Both the position numbers and the translations under genes were made by a program. Shown here in pieces: positions 36,301-45,630 of a stretch of DNA of 64,000 nt. Under the pieces are notes generated by a model. It had not been told where the DNA came from, did no database searches, and worked only from the letters and a program-made list of their open reading frames with translations. This DNA comes from an uncultured Alistipes sp. (GTDB lineage Bacteria > Bacteroidota > Bacteroidia > Bacteroidales > Rikenellaceae): NCBI GenBank assembly GCA_947591475.1, contig CANQDE010000008.1, positions 8,635 to 72,634 of the forward strand. Direction: 5' to 3'. The first letter of the stretch is position 1; each line of letters starts with the position of its first letter.

Positions 36301-37704
36301 ATGATGATGCGCAAACTGTTTTTTATCGCGATATTTTTGCTTCTCGCGGGAAGTTGTTCGGGCCGTTCGTTCGATATTCCCGCTCCGCGCCCCGATGACA
36401 CCGAGCAAACCGAAAAGCCGGAACCTTCCGAACAACCCGAACGGCCGACCGAACCGGCGGCTGCGGTCGTTCGCGTCTCGTCGGCCGCCGAGGTGGCAGC
36501 ATTGGGCAAGGTGGCCGCAGGCACCGAAATCGTGTGGAGCAAAGGCGTCTATGCCGATGCCGTAGTGTCGCTCGAATGTGCCGGCACGGCCGAAAATCCG
36601 GTCGTGTTCCGGGCCGAGGAGGCGGGCGGAGTGTGTTTTACGGGTGCTTCGCGATTGGTGGTCAAAGGTTCGGGGGCCATGGTCCGCGGGTTCTGGTGGC
36701 AGGATCCCACGGCGGTCAAAGGCAAGGCGATTCTGACGCTCGACCGCGGTTCGGAAGGCTGCACCGTCGAGCAATGCGCCATCACCGGCGACAAAACGGC
36801 CTATGCGGGTGAAATCGATGCCAAATGGGTATCGCTCTACGGCCGCAACCATTCGGTCGTGGAATGCACGTTCCGCGACAAACGCAACATGGGCACCTTG
36901 CTGGTGGTGTGGTTGGAGGCCGGCATCGTGCCGCGCCACCGAATCATCGCCAATCGCTTCGAGCGTCCTGTAACGCTCTTCGATGCCGACGGCAACCCCC
37001 GCAACGGTCAGGAGACGATTCGCATCGGCGATAGTCAAACGTCGATGCAGGATGCCGAATGCACGGTCGAAGGCAACTATTTCTACCATTGCCATGGCGA
37101 GCAGGCCGAAATCATTTCGAACAAGTCGTGCGCGAATCTCTATCGCCGCAACCTGTTCGAGGAATGCCAAGGTTCGCTCACGCTGCGCCACGGAAACCGC
37201 TGTTGGGTAACGGGCAACTACTTCCTCGGCAACGGCATGGAGGGTACGGGCGGCGTGCGCGTCATCGGCGAAGACCATACGGTGGAGAACAATTACATGG
37301 AGCGCCTGCGGGGCACGGGTTACAGAACGGCGATTTGCCTCGTGCGCGGTCAGCACAATCCGGCGTTGAACGGTTATTGGCAGGTGCGGCGGGCCGTCGT
37401 GCGGCACAACATCGCAGTCGATTGCCGCTACGCCTTTCAGGTGAATTACGGCGGCAATTCGTCGCAGGTGGAGCCGGTCGTGGAGACGGCCATCGAGCAG
37501 AATATCGTGTCGTTGTCTTCGGCCAGCGATTATGCGGTGAATTGCGCCACGGAGCCTGCACCCGACATCGCGTGGCGCGACAATACGATTTACGGCGGAA
37601 AACAGTCGGGCGTGCAGCTTCCGACCGTGGACGAGGCTCCGGCCTTGCCCGATGTGAAAACCGCGACCGAAAACATCCGCCGCCGTGCGGGCGTGAAATG
37701 GTAA
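36301..37704 (+). CDS. PL6-like (chondroitinase-B fold) polysaccharide lyase, single beta-helix, lipoprotein
   Basis: Lipobox LLAGSC. Contains AEIISNKS...GSLTLRHGN...GGVRVIGEDHTVENNY, the Lys/Arg pattern I associate with PL6. ATG at 36301 is preferred over the TTG at 36289. Confidence 0.8.
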   Translation: MMMRKLFFIAIFLLLAGSCSGRSFDIPAPRPDDTEQTEKPEPSEQPERPTEPAAAVVRVSSAAEVAALGKVAAGTEIVWSKGVYADAVVSLECAGTAENPVVFRAEEAGGVCFTGASRLVVKGSGAMVRGFWWQDPTAVKGKAILTLDRGSEGCTVEQCAITGDKTAYAGEIDAKWVSLYGRNHSVVECTFRDKRNMGTLLVVWLEAGIVPRHRIIANRFERPVTLFDADGNPRNGQETIRIGDSQTSMQDAECTVEGNYFYHCHGEQAEIISNKSCANLYRRNLFEECQGSLTLRHGNRCWVTGNYFLGNGMEGTGGVRVIGEDHTVENNYMERLRGTGYRTAICLVRGQHNPALNGYWQVRRAVVRHNIAVDCRYAFQVNYGGNSSQVEPVVETAIEQNIVSLSSASDYAVNCATEPAPDIAWRDNTIYGGKQSGVQLPTVDEAPALPDVKTATENIRRRAGVKW

Positions 37705-37731
37705 AAACGAACAGAATCGAGAGACAGAATT

Positions 37732-39945
37732 ATGAAACGAATCGGATGGTTTGCAGTTTTGGCCGTCGGCTTATCGGCGGCGGTGCACGCCGCAGAGTAC
37801 ACCGTAACGCTCGACGAGGTGGCGCGTACGCTCGAAACGGCTGCGGCGGGCGACCGGATCGTCGTGAAGAACGGCGTTTATCGCGATAGGGAGTTGAAAT
37901 GGCTGGGCCGCGGTGCGGAGGGCAACCCCGTGCGCATCGAGGCGGAGACGGTCGGGGGCGTCGTCATCGAGGGCGGTTCGATTTTGCGACTGGCGGGCGA
38001 GTGGGTCGAAGTGTCGGGGCTGAATTTCCGCAACGGATATGCTTCGCGCGGTTCGGTGGTGGAGTTCCGCAACGGCAGGGAGGTCGCCGACCATTGCCGA
38101 TTGACGGAGTGCGTCATCACCGGTTACAATCCGACGCGGCGCGACATGGCTTACAGCTATGTGCTGCTTTACGGACGCCACAATCGGGTGGATCATTGCG
38201 AATTCAGCGGAAAACTCAACTTGGGCGTTACGTTGATCGTCATGCTCGACGAGGAGCGCAGCCGGCGGAATTTTCACCGCATCGACCACAACGTGTTCGG
38301 TTATCGGCCGGTCTACGGGTCGAACGGAGCCGAGACGATTCGCGTCGGTACGTCTCATCAGGCCTACGAATCGTCGAATACGATCATCGAAGAGAACTTT
38401 TTCGACCGCTGCAACGGCGAAGTGGAGGTCATCTCCATCAAGTCGAGCGACAACCTCATCCGCAACAACCGTTTCTGGGAGTGCGAGGGGGTGTTGGCGT
38501 TGCGCCACGGCGACCGCAACGAGGCTTGCGGCAACGTGTTCGTCGGCAACGGCAAACGCAATACGGGCGGCGTGCGCGTGGTGAACGCCGGACATCGTAT
38601 CCACGACAATCGTTTTTACGGACTGGCCGGCGGGCGTTTCTTTTCGGCATTGGCGCTGATGAACGCCGTGCCCAACTCGCTGCCGAACCGCTACTGTTTG
38701 GTCGAGAACGTCGAGATTCGCGACAATCTGTTCGTCGATTGTTCGAACATCGAGTTCGGAACGGGCCGGGACTTGGAACGTACGCTTGCGCCTGAACGGG
38801 TGCGGTTCGTCGGCAATACGATCGTGAACCGCAAGTTGGACGAGCCGTATCTTGCAGTCGATCGCATCGACGGAATCGCGTTCGAGAAGAATCGCGCGAT
38901 GTTGAAGTCCGACTGCCGTTTGGCAGGCTTCAAAAATGCGGAAATCGAGGTCGGGCCGGCTCCGTCGTACGACGAATTGAAAAAGGACTGCGGGGTTTCG
39001 GACCGCGTGCAGACCGCAATTCCGAAACGGAGTGTCGGCCGATGCGTGGAAGTGGCGGCGGGCGAGGATTTGCCCGCTGCGGTGGCCGAGGCCGCCGACG
39101 GCAGTGAAATTCGCCTCATCACTTCGGGCGGCGATTATGTCATCGACCGTGCGTTGGTGGTCGGCAGGACGTTGAGGATTCGGGCGGCCGAGGGGCTGGC
39201 CGAACGGCCCGTGATTCGGTTCGCGGGCGAGCGAGGCGACAACATGATTACTATTGCCGACGGCGGAATCCTTATGGTCGAGGGCATCGCTTTCAACGGC
39301 CGTCCAGAACCCGGCAAGGCGATGGCCAAGGCCGGCATTTCGACGGCGGAAGAGATGATCCGACCCTATTCGCTGACGGTCGACGGCTGCGAGTTCGCCG
39401 ACTTCGGCGAGGGCGGCTTCTTCGCCGTGAAGGGTACGCAGGCCACCTTCGCCGAACGGGTCGTCATCCGCAACTCCCTGTTCCGCAACCTGTCAGGCGA
39501 TGCGATCAACTATGCTGCCGAACGTGAGGACAAGGGGCGTTACAATGCCGATGACGTGCTCATCGAGAATTGTGCGTTCTTCCGCATGTTGGGGCTTGCG
39601 ATAAACATCTACCGCGGCGGCAGCGACGAATCGACTGCCGGCCCCTACGTTACCATTCGCGGGTGCAACTTCGAGGATTGCTGCAACAAGGAGCGCGGTT
39701 CGGTGATACGGGCCATCGGCCCGCAGGTCATGGAGATTTCGGGTTGCAACTTTTCGAACAGCGGGCGCGGCGGCGCGGCGATTCGTCTCGACGAGGCCAC
39801 GTGGGAGAAAATCAATATCTTTGATTGCAACTTTTGGAACGCCGGACGCATCCTCACCATGACCGACCGCGTAGTTCGCGGCGGCATCACGCACGACGAA
39901 CCGCAGTATGTCGATGCCGAACGATTCGATTTTCGGCGCAAATAA
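37732..39945 (+). CDS. PL6-like polysaccharide lyase with two beta-helix domains
   Basis: 737 aa with a signal peptide. Contains VEVISIKS...GVLALRHGD...GGVRVVNAGHRIHDNRF. The C-terminal half is a second parallel-beta-helix-like region. Confidence 0.8.
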   Translation: MKRIGWFAVLAVGLSAAVHAAEYTVTLDEVARTLETAAAGDRIVVKNGVYRDRELKWLGRGAEGNPVRIEAETVGGVVIEGGSILRLAGEWVEVSGLNFRNGYASRGSVVEFRNGREVADHCRLTECVITGYNPTRRDMAYSYVLLYGRHNRVDHCEFSGKLNLGVTLIVMLDEERSRRNFHRIDHNVFGYRPVYGSNGAETIRVGTSHQAYESSNTIIEENFFDRCNGEVEVISIKSSDNLIRNNRFWECEGVLALRHGDRNEACGNVFVGNGKRNTGGVRVVNAGHRIHDNRFYGLAGGRFFSALALMNAVPNSLPNRYCLVENVEIRDNLFVDCSNIEFGTGRDLERTLAPERVRFVGNTIVNRKLDEPYLAVDRIDGIAFEKNRAMLKSDCRLAGFKNAEIEVGPAPSYDELKKDCGVSDRVQTAIPKRSVGRCVEVAAGEDLPAAVAEAADGSEIRLITSGGDYVIDRALVVGRTLRIRAAEGLAERPVIRFAGERGDNMITIADGGILMVEGIAFNGRPEPGKAMAKAGISTAEEMIRPYSLTVDGCEFADFGEGGFFAVKGTQATFAERVVIRNSLFRNLSGDAINYAAEREDKGRYNADDVLIENCAFFRMLGLAINIYRGGSDESTAGPYVTIRGCNFEDCCNKERGSVIRAIGPQVMEISGCNFSNSGRGGAAIRLDEATWEKINIFDCNFWNAGRILTMTDRVVRGGITHDEPQYVDAERFDFRRK

Positions 39946-39956
39946 AAATAAAGGTG

Positions 39957-40125
39957 TTTATATACAATTTTACACAAGCGGTATTCCAAAGACGTAGAAC
40001 CTTGCGGGTCCCGACCGAAGCCCCCGCCAAGGCGGGGGCTTGGGGGTGGGTCAAATTTGTAAACGCGGCTTTGCCGCGAGCATCACGACCGGCGGCGATG
40101 TAAATCCATTCGCTAACTCGATTTG
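39957..40125 (+). repeat. MITE-like element copy D
   Basis: tatatacaattttacac...ccttgcgggtcccgaccgaagcccccgccaaggcgggggcttgggggtgggtcaaatttgtaaacgcggctttgccgcgagcatcacgacc...cattcgctaactcgatttg. Lies between PL6-2 and the PL17-like gene. Confidence 0.88.
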
Positions 40126-40161
40126 AAAAAATAAGTATATTCTGACTGATTATTCCGACCG

Positions 40162-42363
40162 ATGAAAAAACTGATATTGACCTTTGCGATCTTTTTGTCG
40201 GCGACTGTCGTTGCGGCGCAGCATCCGTCGTTGTTGTTGACCGCTCGCGGCGTCGAGGAGATCCGCGCCGCCCGCGGTACCGTACCGGCGTTCGACCGTT
40301 CGTTGGAAGCCACGCTGCGCGGGGCCGACGAGGCGTTGGCGCAGCCGATCGTGGTGCCGCGACCCGAAGACGGCGGTGGCGGATACACCCACGAACAGCA
40401 CAAACTCAACTATTACCGCATGTTCGACTGCGGCGTGGCGTATCAGATGACGGGCGAAACGAAGTATGCCCGCTACGTCATTGACATGTTGCTGGCCTAT
40501 GCCGAACTTTATCCGACATTGGGATTCCATCCTGTGAAACTTTCTGCAACGCCCGGACGTATTTTCTGGCAGACGCTCAACGAAAGCGTGTGGCTGGTGC
40601 ATACCGCCATCGCCTACGACTGCGTCTACGACCGGCTGACGGACGAGGAGCGTCGCATCGTCGAAGAGCGGCTTTTTCGTCCCTGTGCGGACTTCATCAT
40701 GAACGGCATGGACGGCAATCGGGCGAACAACGCGGTGTTCAATCGGATGCACAATCACGGTACGTGGGCCACGGCAGCCGTGGGCATGATCGGCATGGCT
40801 ATGGGCGATGACGATCTGGTCGACCGTGCGCTTTACGGTTCGGACAAGACGGGCCGTACGGGCGGTTTCATCCGGCAGCTCGATTGCCTCTTTTCGCCCG
40901 ACGGCTATTTCACCGAGGGTGCCTACTACCAGCGTTACGCCATCTGGCCGTTCGTGGTCTTCGCGCAGTGCATCGAACACAACCGTCCCGAAATCGGCAT
41001 CTTCGCGTATCGCGGCGGCATCCTGCCGAAAGCCGTCGCCACGTTGACGCAATTGGCTTACGAGGGTCGCTTTCTGCGTTTCAACGATGCACTCGACAAG
41101 GGCTACGATGCCCAGGAACTCATCTATGCCGTCGACATCGCCTATCATGCCGACCCGTCGAACAAACAGCTGCTCGACATCGCCGCGCGTTATCAGAACA
41201 AGTTTTTGCCTACGGATGCCGGTTATGCCGTCGCGCGCGCCATCGCTCGCGGCGAGGCCGAACCGTTGACGTTCCGCAGCGCGATTTATCGCGACGGCCG
41301 CAACGGCGACGAGGGCGGAATCGCGGTGCTGCGGTCGATCGACCCCGCGCTGAACTCGCTCGTTACGGTCAAAGCCACGTCGCACGGTTTGAGCCATGGC
41401 CACTACGACAAACTGACTTTGGCCTACTACGACAACGGCAACGAGGTCTTGACCGACTACGGTGCCGCGCGCTTCATCAACATCGAGGCCAAATACAAGG
41501 GCCACTACACACGCGAAAACAAGTCATTCGCCATGCAGACCGTGGCGCACAATACGTTGGTCGTCGACGGGCGCAGCCACTTCGACGGCGACATCGAACG
41601 TTCGTCGAAGCACCATTCGGAGATTCTTTTCGCCGATTTCGACCGGCCGAAGATTCAAATCGTGTCGGCCGTCGAACGCCATGCCTATGAGGGTGTAACG
41701 ATGCGCCGCACGACGGCTTACGTTACGACCGATTTTCTGCAATATCCGTTGCTGCTCGACGTGGTGAAGGCCGAAAGCGCAGAGGAACACCGCTACGACC
41801 TGCCTTACTGGTACAACGGTCAGATGATTTCGCTCGATTTCCCCTACGAACGCGCTTTGCGGAGCATGATGACGTTGGGCGAACGCAACGGCTACCAGCA
41901 TCTCTGGGTCGAGGCCGAGGGGCGGAACACGGAGAAGTCGACATCGTGCTACACGTGGCTCGTCGGCGATCGGTTTTACAGCCTTTCGACGGCTACGACC
42001 CCGCAGACCGAGCTGCGGCTCGTGCGGGTCGGTGCGAACGACCCCGATTTCAACCTGCGTAGCGAAACGGCCTACCTCGTTCGCGAAAACGGCAAGCGGA
42101 ATCATACCTTTTGCTCGGCTTTGGAGAGCCACGGCACCTACGACCTGCAAGTGGAGCAGTCGGCCAATCTGACCGCTTCGTGCCGTAAGGTCGAGGTGCT
42201 CGCCGATACGTCGGATTGCACGGTGGCTCGCTTCACGTTCGAGGGCGGCCGTGCGGTCGTGCTCTGCGTGGCCTATGCGGGCGATGCGTCGTCGGTGCAT
42301 CGGGTCGAGGCCGGCGAGGAACGGTTCGAATGGACGGGGTATTACGATGTTCGCATGCAATAA
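40162..42363 (+). CDS. Heparinase II/III-type lyase, PL17-like (oligo-uronate exolyase candidate)
   Basis: 733 aa with a signal peptide. N-terminal alpha-toroid block with FNRMHNHGTW. C-terminal block ATSHGLSHGHYDKLTLAYYDNG. Length matches two-domain PL17 enzymes. Confidence 0.72.
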   Translation: MKKLILTFAIFLSATVVAAQHPSLLLTARGVEEIRAARGTVPAFDRSLEATLRGADEALAQPIVVPRPEDGGGGYTHEQHKLNYYRMFDCGVAYQMTGETKYARYVIDMLLAYAELYPTLGFHPVKLSATPGRIFWQTLNESVWLVHTAIAYDCVYDRLTDEERRIVEERLFRPCADFIMNGMDGNRANNAVFNRMHNHGTWATAAVGMIGMAMGDDDLVDRALYGSDKTGRTGGFIRQLDCLFSPDGYFTEGAYYQRYAIWPFVVFAQCIEHNRPEIGIFAYRGGILPKAVATLTQLAYEGRFLRFNDALDKGYDAQELIYAVDIAYHADPSNKQLLDIAARYQNKFLPTDAGYAVARAIARGEAEPLTFRSAIYRDGRNGDEGGIAVLRSIDPALNSLVTVKATSHGLSHGHYDKLTLAYYDNGNEVLTDYGAARFINIEAKYKGHYTRENKSFAMQTVAHNTLVVDGRSHFDGDIERSSKHHSEILFADFDRPKIQIVSAVERHAYEGVTMRRTTAYVTTDFLQYPLLLDVVKAESAEEHRYDLPYWYNGQMISLDFPYERALRSMMTLGERNGYQHLWVEAEGRNTEKSTSCYTWLVGDRFYSLSTATTPQTELRLVRVGANDPDFNLRSETAYLVRENGKRNHTFCSALESHGTYDLQVEQSANLTASCRKVEVLADTSDCTVARFTFEGGRAVVLCVAYAGDASSVHRVEAGEERFEWTGYYDVRMQ

Positions 42364-42371
42364 AAAGAATT

Positions 42372-42567
42372 GGCGATTATATACAAATCTGCACCGACGG
42401 TAAACCAAAACCGTAAGGCCTTGCGGGTTCCGACCGAAGCCCCCGCCAAGGCGGGGGTTTGGGGGTGGGTCAAATTTGTAAACGCGGCTCCGCCGCGAGC
42501 ATCACGACCGACAGCAATGTAAATACATTCGCCAACTCGATTCGGTGTAAAATGATATATAGTTACC
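42372..42567 (+). repeat. MITE-like element copy E (full length, ~196 bp)
   Basis: Runs ggcgattatatacaaatctgcaccgacgg...gaagcccccgccaaggcgggggttt...gcggctccgccgc...ctcgattcggtgtaaaatgatatatagttacc. The ends form imperfect terminal inverted repeats (atatacaaatctgcaccga versus tcggtgtaaaatgatatat). Confidence 0.9.
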
Positions 42568-42609
42568 AAAGAATTTACCGATTCGAAACAATAAAAAATA
42601 GAAAGGATT

Positions 42610-42951
42610 ATGAAAACTTGGAACGGAACCTATCAGTTGGAAAACGAATTGAAGTGGCAGCCCGCAGGCGAGGGCGTGGAACGCCAGATCATGGGTTACG
42701 ACGGGCAGTTGATGGTCGTCAAGGTCAAATTCGAAAAGGGTGCCGTGGGTGCGCTGCACAAGCATTACCACAGTCAGGCTACCTATGTGGCCAGCGGCAA
42801 ATTCGAGCTCAACATCGGCGGTAAAGTCAAGGTGCTCAGTGCCGGCGACGGCTACTACGTGGCTCCCGACGAACTGCACGGATGCGTATGCCTCGAAGCG
42901 GGCATCCTTATCGACACCTTCTCGCCCCACAGGGCCGATTTTATTGAATAG
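42610..42951 (+). CDS. kdgF: KdgF-like cupin (unsaturated uronate linearisation)
   Basis: 113 aa. LMVVKVKFEKGAVGALHKHYHSQATYVASGKFEL...AGDGYYV...HG...LIDTFSPHRADF, matching the KdgF pattern as I remember it. Confidence 0.78.
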   Translation: MKTWNGTYQLENELKWQPAGEGVERQIMGYDGQLMVVKVKFEKGAVGALHKHYHSQATYVASGKFELNIGGKVKVLSAGDGYYVAPDELHGCVCLEAGILIDTFSPHRADFIE

Positions 42952-43031
42952 GACGCCTCTGGGAAGGGAGACCTTGCAGGACGAAAACCGTTCGGAAAAA
43001 GACTTTCAGGGTCGTACCTGCCTCTTAATGA

Positions 43032-44510
43032 ATGACTATCGAAATGAAAGTAAAAGGTTTACGATGGATCGTGTTGTCGCTCATCGCGCTCGTAACCATC
43101 ATCAACTACTTGGATCGCGGCACGCTCAACTACATGTGGGTGGCCAATACGAAACAGCGCGTGGCCGTAGCCGATTGCACGTTCGACGACGCGGCCGATG
43201 CTTGGACGTTCGAACGCGACGGTGCGACGGTGGTCGTACCGGCTTCGGAGGCGGCAGTTGTCGGCGATCGTTTGGAATATATGCAGTACGGCGGTATCGC
43301 CAAGGATTTGGGACTGGTCGACGGATCGCTGCCGCGTGAGGAGCAGCAGCGCCAAGCGAAAGACCTGCTGGCTATCATCACCATGTTCTTCATGGTGGCC
43401 TACGGCGTGAGCCAGCTCGTCTCGGGCAAAGTCTACGACAAGATCGGCACCCGCAAGGGATTCACGCTGTCGGCTTTGCTGTGGGGAAGCGCCGATGCGC
43501 TGGCCGCCCTCTCCACCGGACTTAAATCGTTGACGTTCTTCCGTGTCCTACTCGGTTTGGGCGAGGCCGGCCCGTGGCCCGGTACCACGAAATCCAATGC
43601 CGAATGGTTTCCGCAGAAGGAACGCGCTTTAGCACAGGGTATCTTCGGCGGCGCCGCTTCGATGGGCTCCATCGTGGCTCCGATTCTGATTCCGGCACTC
43701 TTCCTCGCTTTCGGTTGGCGCATGACGTTCGTCGTGGTCGGCATGTTGGGGATCGTTTGGGTGTTGCCGTGGCTGTTCATCAACAAGAAAGGGCCTAAGG
43801 AGCACGCATGGATTACCGACGAAGAACGCGAATACATCCTTTCGGGTCAACCCGAATGCAAGGTGTCGTGCGATACGGCCAAGACGTGGCGGCAACTGCT
43901 CGGCGAGAAGAAGAACTACGCTGTCATTCTGGGCCGGTTCTTCCTCGACCCGATTTGGTGGATGTTCGTAACGTGGCTACCCATATACCTTATCGAGGTG
44001 TTCGGACTGGACATCAAACAGATCGCTTTGTCGGCTTGGGTGCCCTACGTCGGTGCCGCCATCGGTTCGGTGGCCGGCGGTTGGTTCTCGGGGCTGTTGA
44101 TTGCGCGCGGCCGTACGGTCAACTTCGCCCGCAAGGCTGCCATGATTGTCGGCAGTTGCATCATCATCCCGGGGATGGTTTTCGCAGCAAGGGCTACGTC
44201 GGCCATGATGGCCGTGGTAATGATGGCGTTCATCTTGGGCGGATACCAGTTCGTGATGACGAACATCCAGACGCTCGCTTCCGATTTCCAGACCGGCAAG
44301 GCCGTCGGGTCGTTGGCCGGCTTGGGCGGTGCGGCTGCCGTGCTCGGCACCATCGTCTCGACGCTGGCGATTCCCTACCTCACGCAGAGCGGAAATTGGA
44401 CGTCGTTTTTCGTGCTCGGTGCCTCCTCGGTGCCGTTGTGCCTGATTTGCATCTTCTTCTTCGGCGGGAAAATCGAGCAGGTGGCCGATGCCCGCAAACA
44501 AACGGTATAA
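43032..44510 (+). CDS. MFS transporter, hexuronate/ACS-family-like
   Basis: 492 aa, ~12 TM. N-terminus LIALVTIINYLDRGTL. Contains an unusual ~65-aa soluble insertion after TM1. Confidence 0.86.
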   Translation: MTIEMKVKGLRWIVLSLIALVTIINYLDRGTLNYMWVANTKQRVAVADCTFDDAADAWTFERDGATVVVPASEAAVVGDRLEYMQYGGIAKDLGLVDGSLPREEQQRQAKDLLAIITMFFMVAYGVSQLVSGKVYDKIGTRKGFTLSALLWGSADALAALSTGLKSLTFFRVLLGLGEAGPWPGTTKSNAEWFPQKERALAQGIFGGAASMGSIVAPILIPALFLAFGWRMTFVVVGMLGIVWVLPWLFINKKGPKEHAWITDEEREYILSGQPECKVSCDTAKTWRQLLGEKKNYAVILGRFFLDPIWWMFVTWLPIYLIEVFGLDIKQIALSAWVPYVGAAIGSVAGGWFSGLLIARGRTVNFARKAAMIVGSCIIIPGMVFAARATSAMMAVVMMAFILGGYQFVMTNIQTLASDFQTGKAVGSLAGLGGAAAVLGTIVSTLAIPYLTQSGNWTSFFVLGASSVPLCLICIFFFGGKIEQVADARKQTV

Positions 44511-44516
44511 GAATAC

Positions 44517-44545
44517 GGTATTAGCATTCCTAACATATTTAATAA
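44517..44545 (+). repeat. Single TTAATAA-type unit (ggtattagcattcc block) upstream of the SDR start
   Basis: ggtattagcattcctaacatatttaataa, followed by aaaaATG. The same 14-mer occurs twice at 60699..60754. Confidence 0.75.
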
Positions 44546-44549
44546 AAAA

Positions 44550-45317
44550 ATGGATCAAAAAATGATGAAACTTACAGGTAAGGTAGCCGTCGTTACGGGC
44601 GGTGCACGCGACTTGGGCCGTGCCATTTCCGTCAAACTCGCCGCTGAGGGCGCGAAGGTCTGTCTGAACTATTTCGACAATCCCGACGATGCGCAGGCGA
44701 CGCTCGATATGATTAAGGCCGACGGCGGCGAAGCGATCGCCGTGCAGGGCGACATGACCAAGGCCGCCGACGTGAAGAATCTTTTTGCAAAGGCCGGCGA
44801 GGCGTTCGGCGGCAAGGTCGACATTCTGGTGAACGTCGTGGGCGGTATCGTGGGCCGCAAGAAGATTGTCGAGCAGGACGAGGCGTGGTACGATTTTCTG
44901 ATGGATGTGAACATGCGCAGCGTATTCCTCTGCACCCGCGAGGTGGTTCCCATGATGCCGGCCGGCGGCTCCATCGTCAACTTTTCGTCGCAGGCTGCAC
45001 GTGATGGCGGCGGCCCGGGCGCTTCGGTCTATGCTGCGGCGAAAGCGGCCGTCATGTGCCATACCCGCGCCATGGCCAAGGAGCTCGGCCCGCAGGGAAT
45101 CCGCGTCAACGCATTGGCGCCCGGCATGATTAACACCTCGTTCCACGACCGTTTCACCAAGCCGGAAGCTCGCGAGAATTTGCACCACACGGCGCCGCTG
45201 CGTCGCGAAGGCAATGCCTCCGAAGTGGCCGATTTGGTTTGCTATCTGGCCAGCGACGAATCGTCGTACCTCACCGGAACGAACATAGACATCAACGGCG
45301 GTACGCTCTTTTCCTGA
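44550..45317 (+). CDS. Short-chain dehydrogenase/reductase (DEH or KduD-type reductase candidate)
   Basis: 255 aa. TGKVAVVTGGARDLG, NVVGG and the catalytic YAAAKAA (YxxxK). Confidence 0.9.
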   Translation: MDQKMMKLTGKVAVVTGGARDLGRAISVKLAAEGAKVCLNYFDNPDDAQATLDMIKADGGEAIAVQGDMTKAADVKNLFAKAGEAFGGKVDILVNVVGGIVGRKKIVEQDEAWYDFLMDVNMRSVFLCTREVVPMMPAGGSIVNFSSQAARDGGGPGASVYAAAKAAVMCHTRAMAKELGPQGIRVNALAPGMINTSFHDRFTKPEARENLHHTAPLRREGNASEVADLVCYLASDESSYLTGTNIDINGGTLFS

Positions 45318-45338
45318 TCGTACGGGCTTATCGCTTGT

Positions 45339-45380
45339 AAAAAAGACCGAGGAACGGCATTACCGTTCCTCGGTCTTTTT
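45339..45380. terminator. Bidirectional rho-independent terminator after the SDR gene
   Basis: An A6 tract, a perfect 13-bp stem gaccgaggaacgg / ccgttcctcggtc with loop catta, then a T5 tract. Confidence 0.85.
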
Positions 45381-45383
45381 AGA

Positions 45384-45579
45384 GGTAACTATATGCTATT
45401 TTACACCGAATCGAGTTAGCGAATGTATTTACGTTGCCGTCGGTCGTGTCGCTCGCGGCAAAGCCGCGTTTGCAAATTTGACCCACCCCCAAACCCCCGC
45501 CTTGGCGGGGGCTTCGGTCGGAACCCGCAAGGTTGTACGGCTTTGGATTACCGTTGGTGTAAATTTGTATATAATCGCC
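45384..45579 (-). repeat. MITE-like element copy F (full length, inverted relative to E)
   Basis: Its reverse complement matches copy E almost base for base across ~196 bp. Confidence 0.9.
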
Positions 45580-45629
45580 TATCATTTTATACCGAATCGA
45601 GTTGGCAGATGGATTTGTATCGCCGTCGG
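45580..45629 (-). repeat. Partial extra copy of the MITE end (F')
   Basis: atcattttataccgaatcgagttggcagatggatttgtatcgccgtcgg repeats the first ~50 nt of copy F (attttacaccgaatcgagttagcgaatgtatttacgttgccgtcgg). Confidence 0.75.
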
Positions 45630-45630
45630 G

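Noticed and set aside
42372-45579. The inverted repeat pair around kdgF-MFS-SDR, considered as a composite transposon.
   Set aside because: No transposase or recombinase lies inside or nearby, and I could not identify flanking target-site duplications. It is kept as a finding about repeats, not called as a mobile element.
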